Positions 51,408-60,511 of a DNA stretch of 63,687 bases are shown here, piece by piece. The notes under the pieces were generated by a model. The model saw nothing but the letters and a program-made list of their open reading frames with translations, was not told where the DNA came from and ran no database searches. A program made the position numbers and the translations under genes. Source of the stretch: an uncultured Oscillospiraceae bacterium (GTDB lineage: Bacteria > Bacteroidota > Bacteroidia > Bacteroidales > Bacteroidaceae); contig CAVKGN010000001.1 in the NCBI GenBank assembly GCA_963655595.1, positions 1 through 63,687 of the forward strand, given 5' to 3'. Position 1 is the first letter of the stretch. Each line of letters opens with the position of its first letter.

Positions 51408-53519
51408 ATGAACAACGATACCTACAAATACCTCCACAAGGATGCGCTCACAGCCCTTGGCCAGAAGCGCCTGCTCCCAGCCTTGGAGTCGCTTAGCGGC
51501 ATGGCCACCAGCCTCGGTGCGTGGAGCGCAAAGGAGGAACTCGAACAGCTCGCCGCCTCGTGCCGGATGCTCCTTACCTATATGACAAAGGGGGCGAACG
51601 ACCCCGCACGCGAAACGATGTACGTCAGCTTCCTGCGCCGTGCCTTCGAACTCTCCGACGCCCTTGCGCGTCAAGCCGAACTGGCCGACGCCGACTCGTT
51701 CTATACCCAGAGTTTCCGCACGCTCGAACAGATAACCGGCTCCACCGACCTGCTCGCAGCCCAGCTACCCCTCACCACCGACCTGCGCAACCTCTTCGAC
51801 CTGTTGTGGCTCGCCGGACCGCTCACCCGTGACGACGAGACCGAGGTGGCCAACCTCCTTGTAGAGCCGTCGCGCCCGGTCGAGGCCAAACTCCTTGCCC
51901 TGAGTGCGCTGACGCTCTCCGCTATCCAGTTTTTCGACATTGCTAAGTATCGTCTTCTGCTCGACAACGTGCTGACCGACGACGATGCCCTGCGTGTTCG
52001 CGCCCTTGTAGGACTGGTGTTTGTTCATCTGTTCCACCATGACCGCCTTGGGCTCTATCCCGAGGAGGGCGATCGCCTTTTGAGGCTTCTCAGCGTGCCC
52101 GATTTCAGGGAGGAACTCGAATGTTTGCAGACACTCCTTTTCGTCAGCCTCGATGCTAAGCGCGTCGCTCACAATCTGCAAGAGGAGATACTGCCGGGTA
52201 TGCTCAAACAGATGAATACCCTCAAAGACGAAGTGCTGCGCAACAGTGCCGACATGCCGCTCGACGACGATGCCGCCGCTCTCAACCCCGAATGGCTCAA
52301 TGAGGAGAACGTGGAGAAGTTGAACCATTTTGCCGAGATGTTTACCGACCTGCGCGAGCGCGGGGCTGATCTCTACCTCGGCGCATTCCGATCGTTCAAG
52401 GGGCGTTTCCCCTTCTTCCGCTACGTGCGCAATTGGTTTTGGCCCTTTACCCTCAACCACCCCGACGTGCAGAAGGGTGTAAAGCTCCACGGGGTGACAA
52501 AGGCTGCCCTTGCCGACGTGCAGCTGTGCGACTCCGACAAGTATTCCTTCTTCTTCCTCGCCTCGCAAGCCGCCTCGTTGCCCCTGCCCGAAGCCATGAG
52601 TCAGGCTCTCGAAGAGCATTGCGCAGAAATTAGTGAGGTGAAGCCCACTTTTGCTGAGTTGCTCCGTTCCTACGTTCAGGACTTCTACCGCTTTTGCCAC
52701 CTTTACGCCCACGGCGGAAGTTTTCCGAACCCCTTTAAGCTCAATCTGCTCCTTGCCGACACCGTTCCCTTCGACAATCTGCTCGACGACAGCGCATACG
52801 TGCGCCGCATGGGCGATTTTGTGTTTAATGACAAGAACTACGGCATGGCTCTCCGTTTCTACCAGGCCGTACCCGCTGCCGAGCGTTCCGCCCTTTTGTG
52901 GCAAAAGGTGGGCTACTGCTATGAGCGGCAAGCCACTCAGGACAGCCTCGCCCAGGCCCACCATTGCTACCTCCGCGCCCACTCCCTCGACGTCGCCCCT
53001 TGGACGTTGCGCCGCCTGGCCCACCTCGACATGGCTAAGGGCGACTACGGCACAGCCCTGACGTGGTTCCGCCAGATGGAGAAGATAACTCCCGACGACG
53101 TGAAGATGCTCCTCGGACTGGCGGAGTGCCTCGTGCATACGGGGAAGAACGAGGAAGCCTTGCAGTGCTTGTTCAAAGCGCACTACCTTGCCCCCGAATC
53201 AGCCCAGGCTATCGGCGCACTGGCATGGAGCTTGCTCCTTGCGGGCAAGTACGAACAGGCTGAGAAGTACTATGGCAAAATCCTCGCCGCCCAGCCCACA
53301 AAGACCGACTACCTCAACGCTGGCCACGCCGCCTTTCTCCTTGGCAACACCGCCGAGGCCGTCAGCCGCTACCTGCGTGCCGTTACGGCCGACACCGTGT
53401 ACACGTTTCTCGAAGCCGACAGCCCCATGCTCCAGCAAGCCGGTCTGTCCGAAACGTCCCTCTCGCTGATGGCTGAGGCCGTGGCCCTGCGTTTCAGCGA
53501 ACCCGATACCAATCCCTAA
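51408..53519 (+). CDS. Tetratricopeptide repeat protein
   Basis: Multiple C-terminal TPRs (LWQKVGYCYE, LAECL, LAWSLLLAG, YLNAGH); CDSDKYSF motif. Confidence 0.85.
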   Translation: MNNDTYKYLHKDALTALGQKRLLPALESLSGMATSLGAWSAKEELEQLAASCRMLLTYMTKGANDPARETMYVSFLRRAFELSDALARQAELADADSFYTQSFRTLEQITGSTDLLAAQLPLTTDLRNLFDLLWLAGPLTRDDETEVANLLVEPSRPVEAKLLALSALTLSAIQFFDIAKYRLLLDNVLTDDDALRVRALVGLVFVHLFHHDRLGLYPEEGDRLLRLLSVPDFREELECLQTLLFVSLDAKRVAHNLQEEILPGMLKQMNTLKDEVLRNSADMPLDDDAAALNPEWLNEENVEKLNHFAEMFTDLRERGADLYLGAFRSFKGRFPFFRYVRNWFWPFTLNHPDVQKGVKLHGVTKAALADVQLCDSDKYSFFFLASQAASLPLPEAMSQALEEHCAEISEVKPTFAELLRSYVQDFYRFCHLYAHGGSFPNPFKLNLLLADTVPFDNLLDDSAYVRRMGDFVFNDKNYGMALRFYQAVPAAERSALLWQKVGYCYERQATQDSLAQAHHCYLRAHSLDVAPWTLRRLAHLDMAKGDYGTALTWFRQMEKITPDDVKMLLGLAECLVHTGKNEEALQCLFKAHYLAPESAQAIGALAWSLLLAGKYEQAEKYYGKILAAQPTKTDYLNAGHAAFLLGNTAEAVSRYLRAVTADTVYTFLEADSPMLQQAGLSETSLSLMAEAVALRFSEPDTNP

Positions 53520-53535
53520 CCCCACATCCCGCCTA

Positions 53536-54888
53536 ATGAACCGCCGAAATCGTTTTTTTCAATGCATCGCTCTCTGCGCCGTCCTCCTTTCCGCCTCTGT
53601 GGTGAACGGCAGTGCGCAGAATATTGACAGTCAGGCTAAGGACTACCTCCTGCATGCCTTGCAGGGGCAACCAGCTGCCGACGTTCCCAGCCAATCCATT
53701 CGTATCAAGAAGCTTTCTGCTCAGCGAGCCAAGGCTTGGGAGTGGTGGAAGGAGGCCAATGCAAAGTTTGCCGAGCCTTTCCTGCCCTCGCTCGACTCTC
53801 TGGGGCGCGCTCGGGGCGAATGGAGCATCCCCAGCGACCTTGAACCCCACGCCACCATGCCGTTCTACTACGGTTGCAAGGGCGAAAAGCCTAAGGAGGG
53901 CTATCCTCTGTTCCTCTACCTCCACGGGTCGGGCCCCAAGCAGCAGGAGTGGCAAACGGGGCTGTGGCTTGCGCAGCGCTTCGCCGATTCCCCCTCCGTC
54001 TACTTCATTCCGCAAATCCCCAACGAGGGAGAGTGGTACCGCTGGTGGCAGCGTGGCAAACAGTACGTTTGGCAACGCCTTTTGCGCCAAGCCATGCTCA
54101 GCCCTGACGTCAATCCCAACCGCCTCTACGTGTTTGGTATCTCCGAGGGGGGCTACGGTTCGCAGCGCCTCGCCTCGTTCTACGCCGATTATTGGGCGGC
54201 AGCAGGTCCCATGGCAGGCGGTGAGCCGTTGAAGAACGCCCCAGCGGAAAACCTGGAACACGTTGCCTTCACCTTCCATACGGGCGCGCAGGACGCGGGT
54301 TTCTATCGCAACCTCCTTACAGGCTATACGGCGGAAGCACTCGACAGCCTGCAACAGCTCTACCCGCAGGACTACGAGCACCTTGTGCAGTTGGTCCCCG
54401 GACGCCAGCATGCCATCGATTACAGCGTCACAACGCCCTGGCTTGTTCAGCACGAGCGCAACGCAGCTCCCAAGCACTTTATGTGGGAGGATTTTGAGAT
54501 GGACGGACAGCACCGCACGGGCTTTTACAACCTGCTTGTGCTGCAACGCCCCGACAGCCTGCTCCGCACGCGCTACGAGGTGCGCATCGACAGCAACAAC
54601 ATCTACTTAACGGCAAACGATGTGCACTACACAACCACCCAGACCGACCCTTACTACGGCATTCAACTGAAGTTTAGCCGCACATACACTCCGGCGCACA
54701 ACGGACGCGTGGCCATTCTGCTCGACGAGAGACTGGTAGACCTCTCGCGCGAAGTGTCAGTCTACGTGAACGGACAATTTTCCTACCGTAAGAAACTCAC
54801 CCTCGACGTGGCAAACATGCTCCGTTCCCTCACGGCCTTTGGCGACCCTGAGCGAATCTATCCCGCAGCGGTCGAGATCTCGTTCTAA
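53536..54888 (+). CDS. Secreted alpha/beta-hydrolase-fold protein (esterase/peptidase-like)
   Basis: Signal peptide; YPLFLYLHGSG, GISEGGYG (GxSxG), TGAQD, QH. Confidence 0.75.
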   Translation: MNRRNRFFQCIALCAVLLSASVVNGSAQNIDSQAKDYLLHALQGQPAADVPSQSIRIKKLSAQRAKAWEWWKEANAKFAEPFLPSLDSLGRARGEWSIPSDLEPHATMPFYYGCKGEKPKEGYPLFLYLHGSGPKQQEWQTGLWLAQRFADSPSVYFIPQIPNEGEWYRWWQRGKQYVWQRLLRQAMLSPDVNPNRLYVFGISEGGYGSQRLASFYADYWAAAGPMAGGEPLKNAPAENLEHVAFTFHTGAQDAGFYRNLLTGYTAEALDSLQQLYPQDYEHLVQLVPGRQHAIDYSVTTPWLVQHERNAAPKHFMWEDFEMDGQHRTGFYNLLVLQRPDSLLRTRYEVRIDSNNIYLTANDVHYTTTQTDPYYGIQLKFSRTYTPAHNGRVAILLDERLVDLSREVSVYVNGQFSYRKKLTLDVANMLRSLTAFGDPERIYPAAVEISF

Positions 54889-54904
54889 CCCCGCCGCCCG
54901 TCGC

Positions 54905-54995
54905 CGTTCATCGTACGGTTGACACATGTCACACGTACGATGCACACATGTCTGTCGTACGAGTGACGTGTGTGCATCGTACGACGAACGTCGAC
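54905..54995. repeat. Dispersed ~90-bp element, copy 2: four (T/A)CGTACG cores at 22-bp period
   Basis: Cores at 54911, 54933, 54955 and 54977; shares its start (CGTTCATCGTACG.TTGAC) and end (AACGTC.AC) with 14400-14490. Confidence 0.8.
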
Positions 54996-55041
54996 TATCC
55001 CGGGGCTAATTTCCACTAACACGCCTACGAATTTTAACCAC

Positions 55042-57753
55042 ATGAAACGTCTTCTGCTCTTCCTCCTTGTTCTCGTCTCCGCTTCGTCGGCCCTTGCGCA
55101 GAGCGCCACACCCGTGGACAGTCTCTTCGCACGGTTCAAAAAGTCGGCGCGGTTCGACTACGATTTCCCCCGAGAGAAGGTTTATCTCCACTTTGACAAC
55201 TCCGCCTACCTGGTGGGTGACACCATCTGGTACAAGGCTTACGTGACGCGCGCCTCCACCTTTCGCCCCACAGCCCTGAGTCGTGTGCTCTACGTGGAAC
55301 TGCTCAACGCCGAGGGCCAACAGGTGGAGAAGCAGACGCTACGCCTCGACAGCCTGGGCACGGCCAACAGCGCATTCTTCCTGAAAGAGCAGGTGCATGC
55401 CGGCTACTACGAAGTGCGAGCCTTCACCCGCGAAATGGTAAACTGGGGTGGCGAGGCCTGTTTCTCGCGTGTGCTGCCCATCTTCGGCAATGCCAACCTG
55501 AACAAACAAGTTGACCGCACCGCAGCGTCGGACATCACAGCCCTTTCCATACCACGCCCTGAGGATCGCGAGAGCGGTAACACGCTCGGTGCGCCGCGTC
55601 CCTACGAGATGAAGGGCAGTCGCGACCGCTTGCTCACGTTCTTTCCTGAGGGTGGGGGACGCGTTGCAGGTGCAGCCCAGCGCATTGCCTACAAACTGAC
55701 GGACGGCCGCGGCTTCCCCCTCGACGAAACGGTGGAGGTGTACGACAGCCTTGGCCACCTCTGTGCCACTTCCATCCCCGACTACGATGGCATGGGCGAC
55801 TTCATGCTCCCGTCCTCGTTCGTCAGCGGTAAGGCGCGCGTAAAGCAAGCTGAAAACTACTATGCCAAGGACTTCCCCCTGCCCGAGGCAACCGCTGCCT
55901 ACGCCCTGACGGCCGACGAGGAGGAAGACGGCCTCAACGTGCTGATAGCTCCGGGCAAGGAGGCAGCTCGCCGCGAGCGCGTGCTGGCACTTGCCTTGTT
56001 CAACCGCGAAAACGCCTGCTACTTCGACACCGTTACCGTGGGGAGCGAACCAGTAGACTTGCTCATTCCGCGACAGGCCTTGCGCGGCGGCGTGAACCGC
56101 CTTGAACTTTTCGGCGCATCGGGGCTGGGACTTGCTACGCGTCTGCTCTGGCACCCCCTGACGGCGGAAGATTCGCTGCGCCGCATTGAGGTGGACGTTA
56201 GGCAGAATGAACAAGCCTACGAACCTTTTGCCCCGGCCGTGGTAAAGGTGAGTCTGCACGACAAAGCCGGACGCCCTGTGAGTCGAGCTTCGGTCTCTGT
56301 GGCCGTGCGCGATGAGAGTGGCAACATCCTCAGCAACCGCGACGGCGGCATGGGGGCTGATCTGCTCCTTTCCTCAGAGCTTCGCGGCTACATACACCGT
56401 CCCGACCTCTACTTCGAACGCGACGACGCGGCACACCGGCGTATGCTCGACCTCCTGATGCGTGTGCAGGGCTGGACGGCCAACCGTTTCAGCGTGATGA
56501 GCGGTGCGGAGAAGTTCGACCTACGTCAGCCCATCGAGGACAAACTCATTGTGCGCGGCACGGTGTTCAAGGACAACTCCAAGAAAGACCCCGCTGCCGG
56601 CATATTGCTCAATTTACGCGGCTACCGCTACGAAAACGACTCACTCAAAGCCGGCAACATCAGTGGCGAGGCCGTGACCGACGCAAACGGCAACTTTGCC
56701 TTCCTCTCCAATTGCGATTTCGAGGGCGAGTATCTCACGCAGTTCTCCATGCGTAAGCCGGGGAACGATAAGCGGTTCTGGAGTCGCTTGGCCTTGGATC
56801 GTTGGTTTGAGCCCAAGCTTCGTCCGCTCTTCTCGCCCGAGCTCGAACTCTCCCTCTACAACGGTCACGACAGCGCGAAGGAGATGCAGCCCGTCAAGAC
56901 GTTTGAGTGGACCGACACGCTGGGGCGTGCCATCACCAACATAACCCACGCCGCCGAAGTGGTGGCGCGCAAAAAGTACAAGGGCTTCACTGGCAACCGC
57001 TACACTTGGGGCGGTGGCGAAAAGACGGGAAAGGAATACGCCACCAAATACTTCAACATCCAAAAGGAGTGGGAACACTACAAGGACCTGGGTGGCGGCA
57101 TCATCGACGTGTTTACCATGCTCTCCTTCCTCGATAACCACATGGAATACGACCGCTACGGCGTGATGGATGACTCCCGCCTCGTAGACCAAGTGAACGG
57201 CGAGGACGGAGAAGGCCTTGCCGGCATTTACAAAAACGAGACAGCCACCACAAACACCGACGGCAATTCAACCAAATCGGCTTCTACCATCACCTACAAG
57301 GGACGCCCCATCGAGGTGCTCGAAAACAATTCAAGCGGCGGCAGTGGTCTCGGCAACTTGCTCGTTGACGAAATTCAGTCCATCGCCATTGTGGAGGATA
57401 ACAAGCGGGTGGACAACCTCACCAACGAGGAAGTGCGCACCGTGCCCGTTAAGTATACCATGTACGTCTATGAGGTGAAGGACAAATACCGAATAAAGAA
57501 CCGCAAGGGCGTAGAGTATCGCCACATCGATGGGTTTACGCCCGCGCGCAACTTCTACTCGCCCGACTACCGCCGCTTCGACCTCCCCACCCAGACCGAC
57601 GTGCGCCGCACCCTCCTATGGGCTCCCAACGTAACGTTTGACGAACACGGCCAGGCCAATCTCCTTTTCTTCAACAACGCTCACGACGGCGTTACCCTCG
57701 ACATCACTGTCCGCGGCATCACGCCCCTCGGCCAGTTCGTCGATTGGCAGTGA
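55042..57753 (+). CDS. Large secreted MG2-like-domain hypothetical protein (Bacteroidota type)
   Basis: Signal peptide; EKVYLHFDN..Y..GDTIWYKAY, FFPEGG, LLLSSELRG, LD.L..QGW, FYSPDY, RRTLLWAP. Confidence 0.8.
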   Translation: MKRLLLFLLVLVSASSALAQSATPVDSLFARFKKSARFDYDFPREKVYLHFDNSAYLVGDTIWYKAYVTRASTFRPTALSRVLYVELLNAEGQQVEKQTLRLDSLGTANSAFFLKEQVHAGYYEVRAFTREMVNWGGEACFSRVLPIFGNANLNKQVDRTAASDITALSIPRPEDRESGNTLGAPRPYEMKGSRDRLLTFFPEGGGRVAGAAQRIAYKLTDGRGFPLDETVEVYDSLGHLCATSIPDYDGMGDFMLPSSFVSGKARVKQAENYYAKDFPLPEATAAYALTADEEEDGLNVLIAPGKEAARRERVLALALFNRENACYFDTVTVGSEPVDLLIPRQALRGGVNRLELFGASGLGLATRLLWHPLTAEDSLRRIEVDVRQNEQAYEPFAPAVVKVSLHDKAGRPVSRASVSVAVRDESGNILSNRDGGMGADLLLSSELRGYIHRPDLYFERDDAAHRRMLDLLMRVQGWTANRFSVMSGAEKFDLRQPIEDKLIVRGTVFKDNSKKDPAAGILLNLRGYRYENDSLKAGNISGEAVTDANGNFAFLSNCDFEGEYLTQFSMRKPGNDKRFWSRLALDRWFEPKLRPLFSPELELSLYNGHDSAKEMQPVKTFEWTDTLGRAITNITHAAEVVARKKYKGFTGNRYTWGGGEKTGKEYATKYFNIQKEWEHYKDLGGGIIDVFTMLSFLDNHMEYDRYGVMDDSRLVDQVNGEDGEGLAGIYKNETATTNTDGNSTKSASTITYKGRPIEVLENNSSGGSGLGNLLVDEIQSIAIVEDNKRVDNLTNEEVRTVPVKYTMYVYEVKDKYRIKNRKGVEYRHIDGFTPARNFYSPDYRRFDLPTQTDVRRTLLWAPNVTFDEHGQANLLFFNNAHDGVTLDITVRGITPLGQFVDWQ

Positions 57754-57771
57754 CACTACGCCCGTACAAAC

Positions 57772-57823
57772 AACAACTCGCACGCAAGGCACCAACCAGT
57801 GAACCTTGCGTGCGAGTTGTTTT
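57772..57823. terminator. Bidirectional terminator between convergent genes
   Basis: AACAACTCGCACGCAAGG .. CCTTGCGTGCGAGTTGTT. Confidence 0.8.
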
Positions 57824-57841
57824 GAGGCGTTTATGCTGCCG

Positions 57842-58255
57842 TCAGAAGCTTACATTTAGGAGCGACTGCCCAATAGCGTGAAGAGTGTTGAGTATCTGCG
57901 TCTTTTGTTCACTCGAAGGCTTCTTCGTCCCCTTGATGTAACTTGCCAACAAACTCTGCCTCATACCAATCCTTTGCGCTACGGCTGAGATATTCAGCTC
58001 AGGATTTGTCAGGAATGCTGACTGTAAGCCCGGCTGCGGCTCTTTCGTTTCGGGATAGCGGAAGCTTTCGTAGCTCACGTCTTCATCGAGCGACTCCCAG
58101 TGTATGCCGTCGTCCCACAACTCACAGTCGGCCAACTGTTCGGGGGTAGCGTGTAAAAGGCGAGGGTAGAAGTAGAGCGACTGATAGAGTTCCTCGCCGT
58201 CAGTCGTCTGAATATAAATGCGGTTGTCCGCAAACCAAAGCTTTCTTACGTTCAT
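57842..58255 (-). CDS. DUF2442 plus C-terminal HTH protein (putative antitoxin)
   Basis: YPRLLHAT.EQL....GIHW..LDED.S; then ELNISAVAQRIGMRQSLLASYIKG.KKPS HTH. Confidence 0.8.
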   Translation of the reverse strand: MNVRKLWFADNRIYIQTTDGEELYQSLYFYPRLLHATPEQLADCELWDDGIHWESLDEDVSYESFRYPETKEPQPGLQSAFLTNPELNISAVAQRIGMRQSLLASYIKGTKKPSSEQKTQILNTLHAIGQSLLNVSF

Positions 58256-58269
58256 GTGAATCCTCCGTC

Positions 58270-58503
58270 TTATTCGCCGTGAATATTGTACCACTCCTGC
58301 AAGAATTCCTCACGTTTTTCCTGCATGACCTCTTTGGCTCTTTTGAGGTCCTTTGCTTTGAGAGTGCTTTCTTCCATTAATGTTCCGTCAAGCAAGTTGA
58401 ATTTTGCCTTGCCATCAGCACTTCGTACATGGATATGCGGCGGAACGTGTTCGTTGGTGAAGAAAAAGAACCTCAGGCCAAAGTAGAAAAATATGGTAGG
58501 CAT
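58270..58503 (-). CDS. DUF4160 family protein (putative toxin)
   Basis: MPTIF..FGLRFFFF.NEH.PPHIHV..AKF..W. Confidence 0.85.
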   Translation of the reverse strand: MPTIFFYFGLRFFFFTNEHVPPHIHVRSADGKAKFNLLDGTLMEESTLKAKDLKRAKEVMQEKREEFLQEWYNIHGE

Positions 58504-58585
58504 TGTGTTCGTTAATAATTGGGGCTTATGCTTCTTAAAGTCTCGTCTTGCGAGAATGAGTCATTATAGCCTGTCTCTTACACCG

Positions 58586-58593
58586 CAAAGGTA
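58586..58593 (-). promoter_or_regulatory. -7 promoter box (TACCTTTG) for the DUF4160/DUF2442 operon
   Basis: TAnnTTTG match on the minus strand upstream of DUF4160. Confidence 0.6.
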
Positions 58594-58743
58594 GGGGCAA
58601 AAAGTGAGAGTTTGAACAATTCGGCGCTTATTATAATGACATTTCGTTCGTTTCCTGGCGCCAAATGAGGCAAAAGCGAAAAGAAAAACCTAATTTTAAG
58701 CCCGAAAGCAACCAGACACAACATTTTTACCCAAATATAATCT

Positions 58744-60078
58744 ATGAAAGCAGCAGAAGTAGTGGAACGCCTTAACCAGCGTTTCCCCAACGAGCCTGAG
58801 TATATGCAGGCCGTGAGTCAGGTGCTCGGCACCATCGAGGAAGAGTACAACCGCCACCCCGAGTTTGAGGCGGCCAACCTCATAGAACGCCTTTGCATCC
58901 CCGACCGTATCATCACGTTCCGCGTGACGTGGGTTGACGACAAAGGACAGGTGCAGGTAAACACCGGCTATCGCGTTCAGCACAACAACGCTATTGGCCC
59001 GTACAAGGGCGGTATTCGTTTCCACGCCAGCGTAAATCCCTCTGTGCTGAAATTCCTTGCCTTTGAGCAGACGTTTAAGAACGCCTTGACCACATTGCCT
59101 ATGGGCGGCGCAAAGGGCGGTTCGGACTTCAACCCGCACGGAAAGAGCGACGGCGAGGTGATGCGTTTCTGCCAAGCCTTTATGAACGAGCTCTACCGCC
59201 ACATTGGTCCCGATGAAGACGTGCCTGCGGGCGACATCGGCGTAGGCGGTCGCGAAGTGGGCTACCTCTTCGGACAGTATAAGAAGTTGACGCACCAGTT
59301 CGTGGGCGTGCTGACGGGCAAAGGCCTGGAATTCGGCGGCTCGCTCATCCGTCCCGAAGCTACGGGCTATGGCAACGTTTACTTCCTTGAGAATATGCTC
59401 CGCACGCGCGGCATTGAACTGAAAGGAAAAACGGTACTCGTGAGCGGTTCAGGCAACGTGGCTCAGTACACCGTGGAAAAACTCATTCAGCTCGGTGCAG
59501 TGCCTGTTACCCTCTCTGACTCCGACGGCTACATCTACGACCCTGCCGGCATCGACGCCGACAAACTGGCCTACGTGATGGAACTGAAAAACGTGAAGCG
59601 CGGACGTATTCGCGAATATGCGGAGAAGTACGGCGTGAAGTACGTTCCGGGCGCACGTCCCTGGGGTGAAAAGGCAGACATCGCTCTCCCCTCAGCTACT
59701 CAGGACGAGATTGAACTGGCAGATGCACAGGCACTCGTTGCCAACGGCGTAATTGCCGTGAGCGAAGGCGCCAATATGCCCTCTACCCCCGAGGCTATCA
59801 AGGTGTTCCAGGATGCAGGTCTGCTCTATGCCCCTGGAAAGGCAGCCAATGCCGGCGGCGTGGCCGTGTCTGGCTTGGAAATGAGTCAGAACTCCGAACG
59901 CCTCAGCTGGACACGCGAGGAAGTAGACAACCGCCTGCGCGGCATTATGGACGACATTCACGCCAACTGCGTGAAGTACGGCACGCAGCCCGACGGATAC
60001 ATCAACTACGTGCGCGGTGCAAATGTGGCTGGCTTCCTCAAAGTGGCCAAAGCCATGATGGCACAGGGCATTGTGTAA
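58744..60078 (+). CDS. gdhA: Glutamate dehydrogenase (NADP-specific type)
   Basis: GPYKGGIRF, GGAKGG, DVPAGDIGVG, RPEATGYG, GSGNVA, EGANMP, KAANAGGVA.S. Confidence 0.97.
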   Translation: MKAAEVVERLNQRFPNEPEYMQAVSQVLGTIEEEYNRHPEFEAANLIERLCIPDRIITFRVTWVDDKGQVQVNTGYRVQHNNAIGPYKGGIRFHASVNPSVLKFLAFEQTFKNALTTLPMGGAKGGSDFNPHGKSDGEVMRFCQAFMNELYRHIGPDEDVPAGDIGVGGREVGYLFGQYKKLTHQFVGVLTGKGLEFGGSLIRPEATGYGNVYFLENMLRTRGIELKGKTVLVSGSGNVAQYTVEKLIQLGAVPVTLSDSDGYIYDPAGIDADKLAYVMELKNVKRGRIREYAEKYGVKYVPGARPWGEKADIALPSATQDEIELADAQALVANGVIAVSEGANMPSTPEAIKVFQDAGLLYAPGKAANAGGVAVSGLEMSQNSERLSWTREEVDNRLRGIMDDIHANCVKYGTQPDGYINYVRGANVAGFLKVAKAMMAQGIV

Positions 60079-60116
60079 GAAGTCCGTCCCAAGGACCAAT
60101 AAATGCAATCTAACAG

Positions 60117-60152
60117 AAAGTCCGTCAAGGTGCAGAGCCTTGGCGGACTTTT
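60117..60152 (+). terminator. Intrinsic terminator after gdhA
   Basis: AAAGTCCGTCAAGG..CCTTGGCGGACTTTT. Confidence 0.7.
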
Positions 60153-60309
60153 GCAAATGTACACATGCCCCAGTTTGGGCGACTTCCCGTCCACTTAGTC
60201 CGTGATAGCTTCGGTCAATTAGCTGTCTCATCCCTTTTCCCCTCAGTTCCCCGAAACCCGAAAAATCTCAGGTGTACTCTGTCGCCTCCTACAAGCCATA
60301 GAACTCCCA

Positions 60310-60429
60310 AAAACTGCATTTTACCATAGTTTGAGTGCCGAAAAATTGCATTTTAGTAAAGTTTGAGCCGCCAAAAACTGCATTTTAGTAAAGTTTGGAG
60401 GGCTGAAAATTGCATTTTAGTAAAGTTTG
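60310..60429. repeat. Four 24-bp direct repeats at an exact 32-bp period with variable 8-bp spacers
   Basis: AAAAYTGCATTTTAGTAAAGTTTG at 60310 (degenerate), 60342, 60374 and 60406; spacers AGTGCCGA, AGCCGCCA, GAGGGCTG. Confidence 0.92.
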
Positions 60430-60442
60430 GTGTGCGTAAATG

Positions 60443-60472
60443 CTTGAAAAACAAGTAAATAGCCTATATTTG
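60443..60472 (+). promoter_or_regulatory. Promoter (CTTG-N18-TATATTTG) for the AAA ATPase gene
   Basis: TAnnTTTG at 60465-60472; the -33 box lies 13 bp after the last repeat. Confidence 0.6.
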
Positions 60473-60511
60473 CAAACGAACGTAGAATTATAGGCCTAAA
60501 CAAGACGGAAA

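Noticed and set aside
60310..60429. CRISPR array
   Set aside because: Spacers are only 8 bp, far too short for CRISPR spacers, and there are no cas genes in the window; kept as a direct-repeat array.
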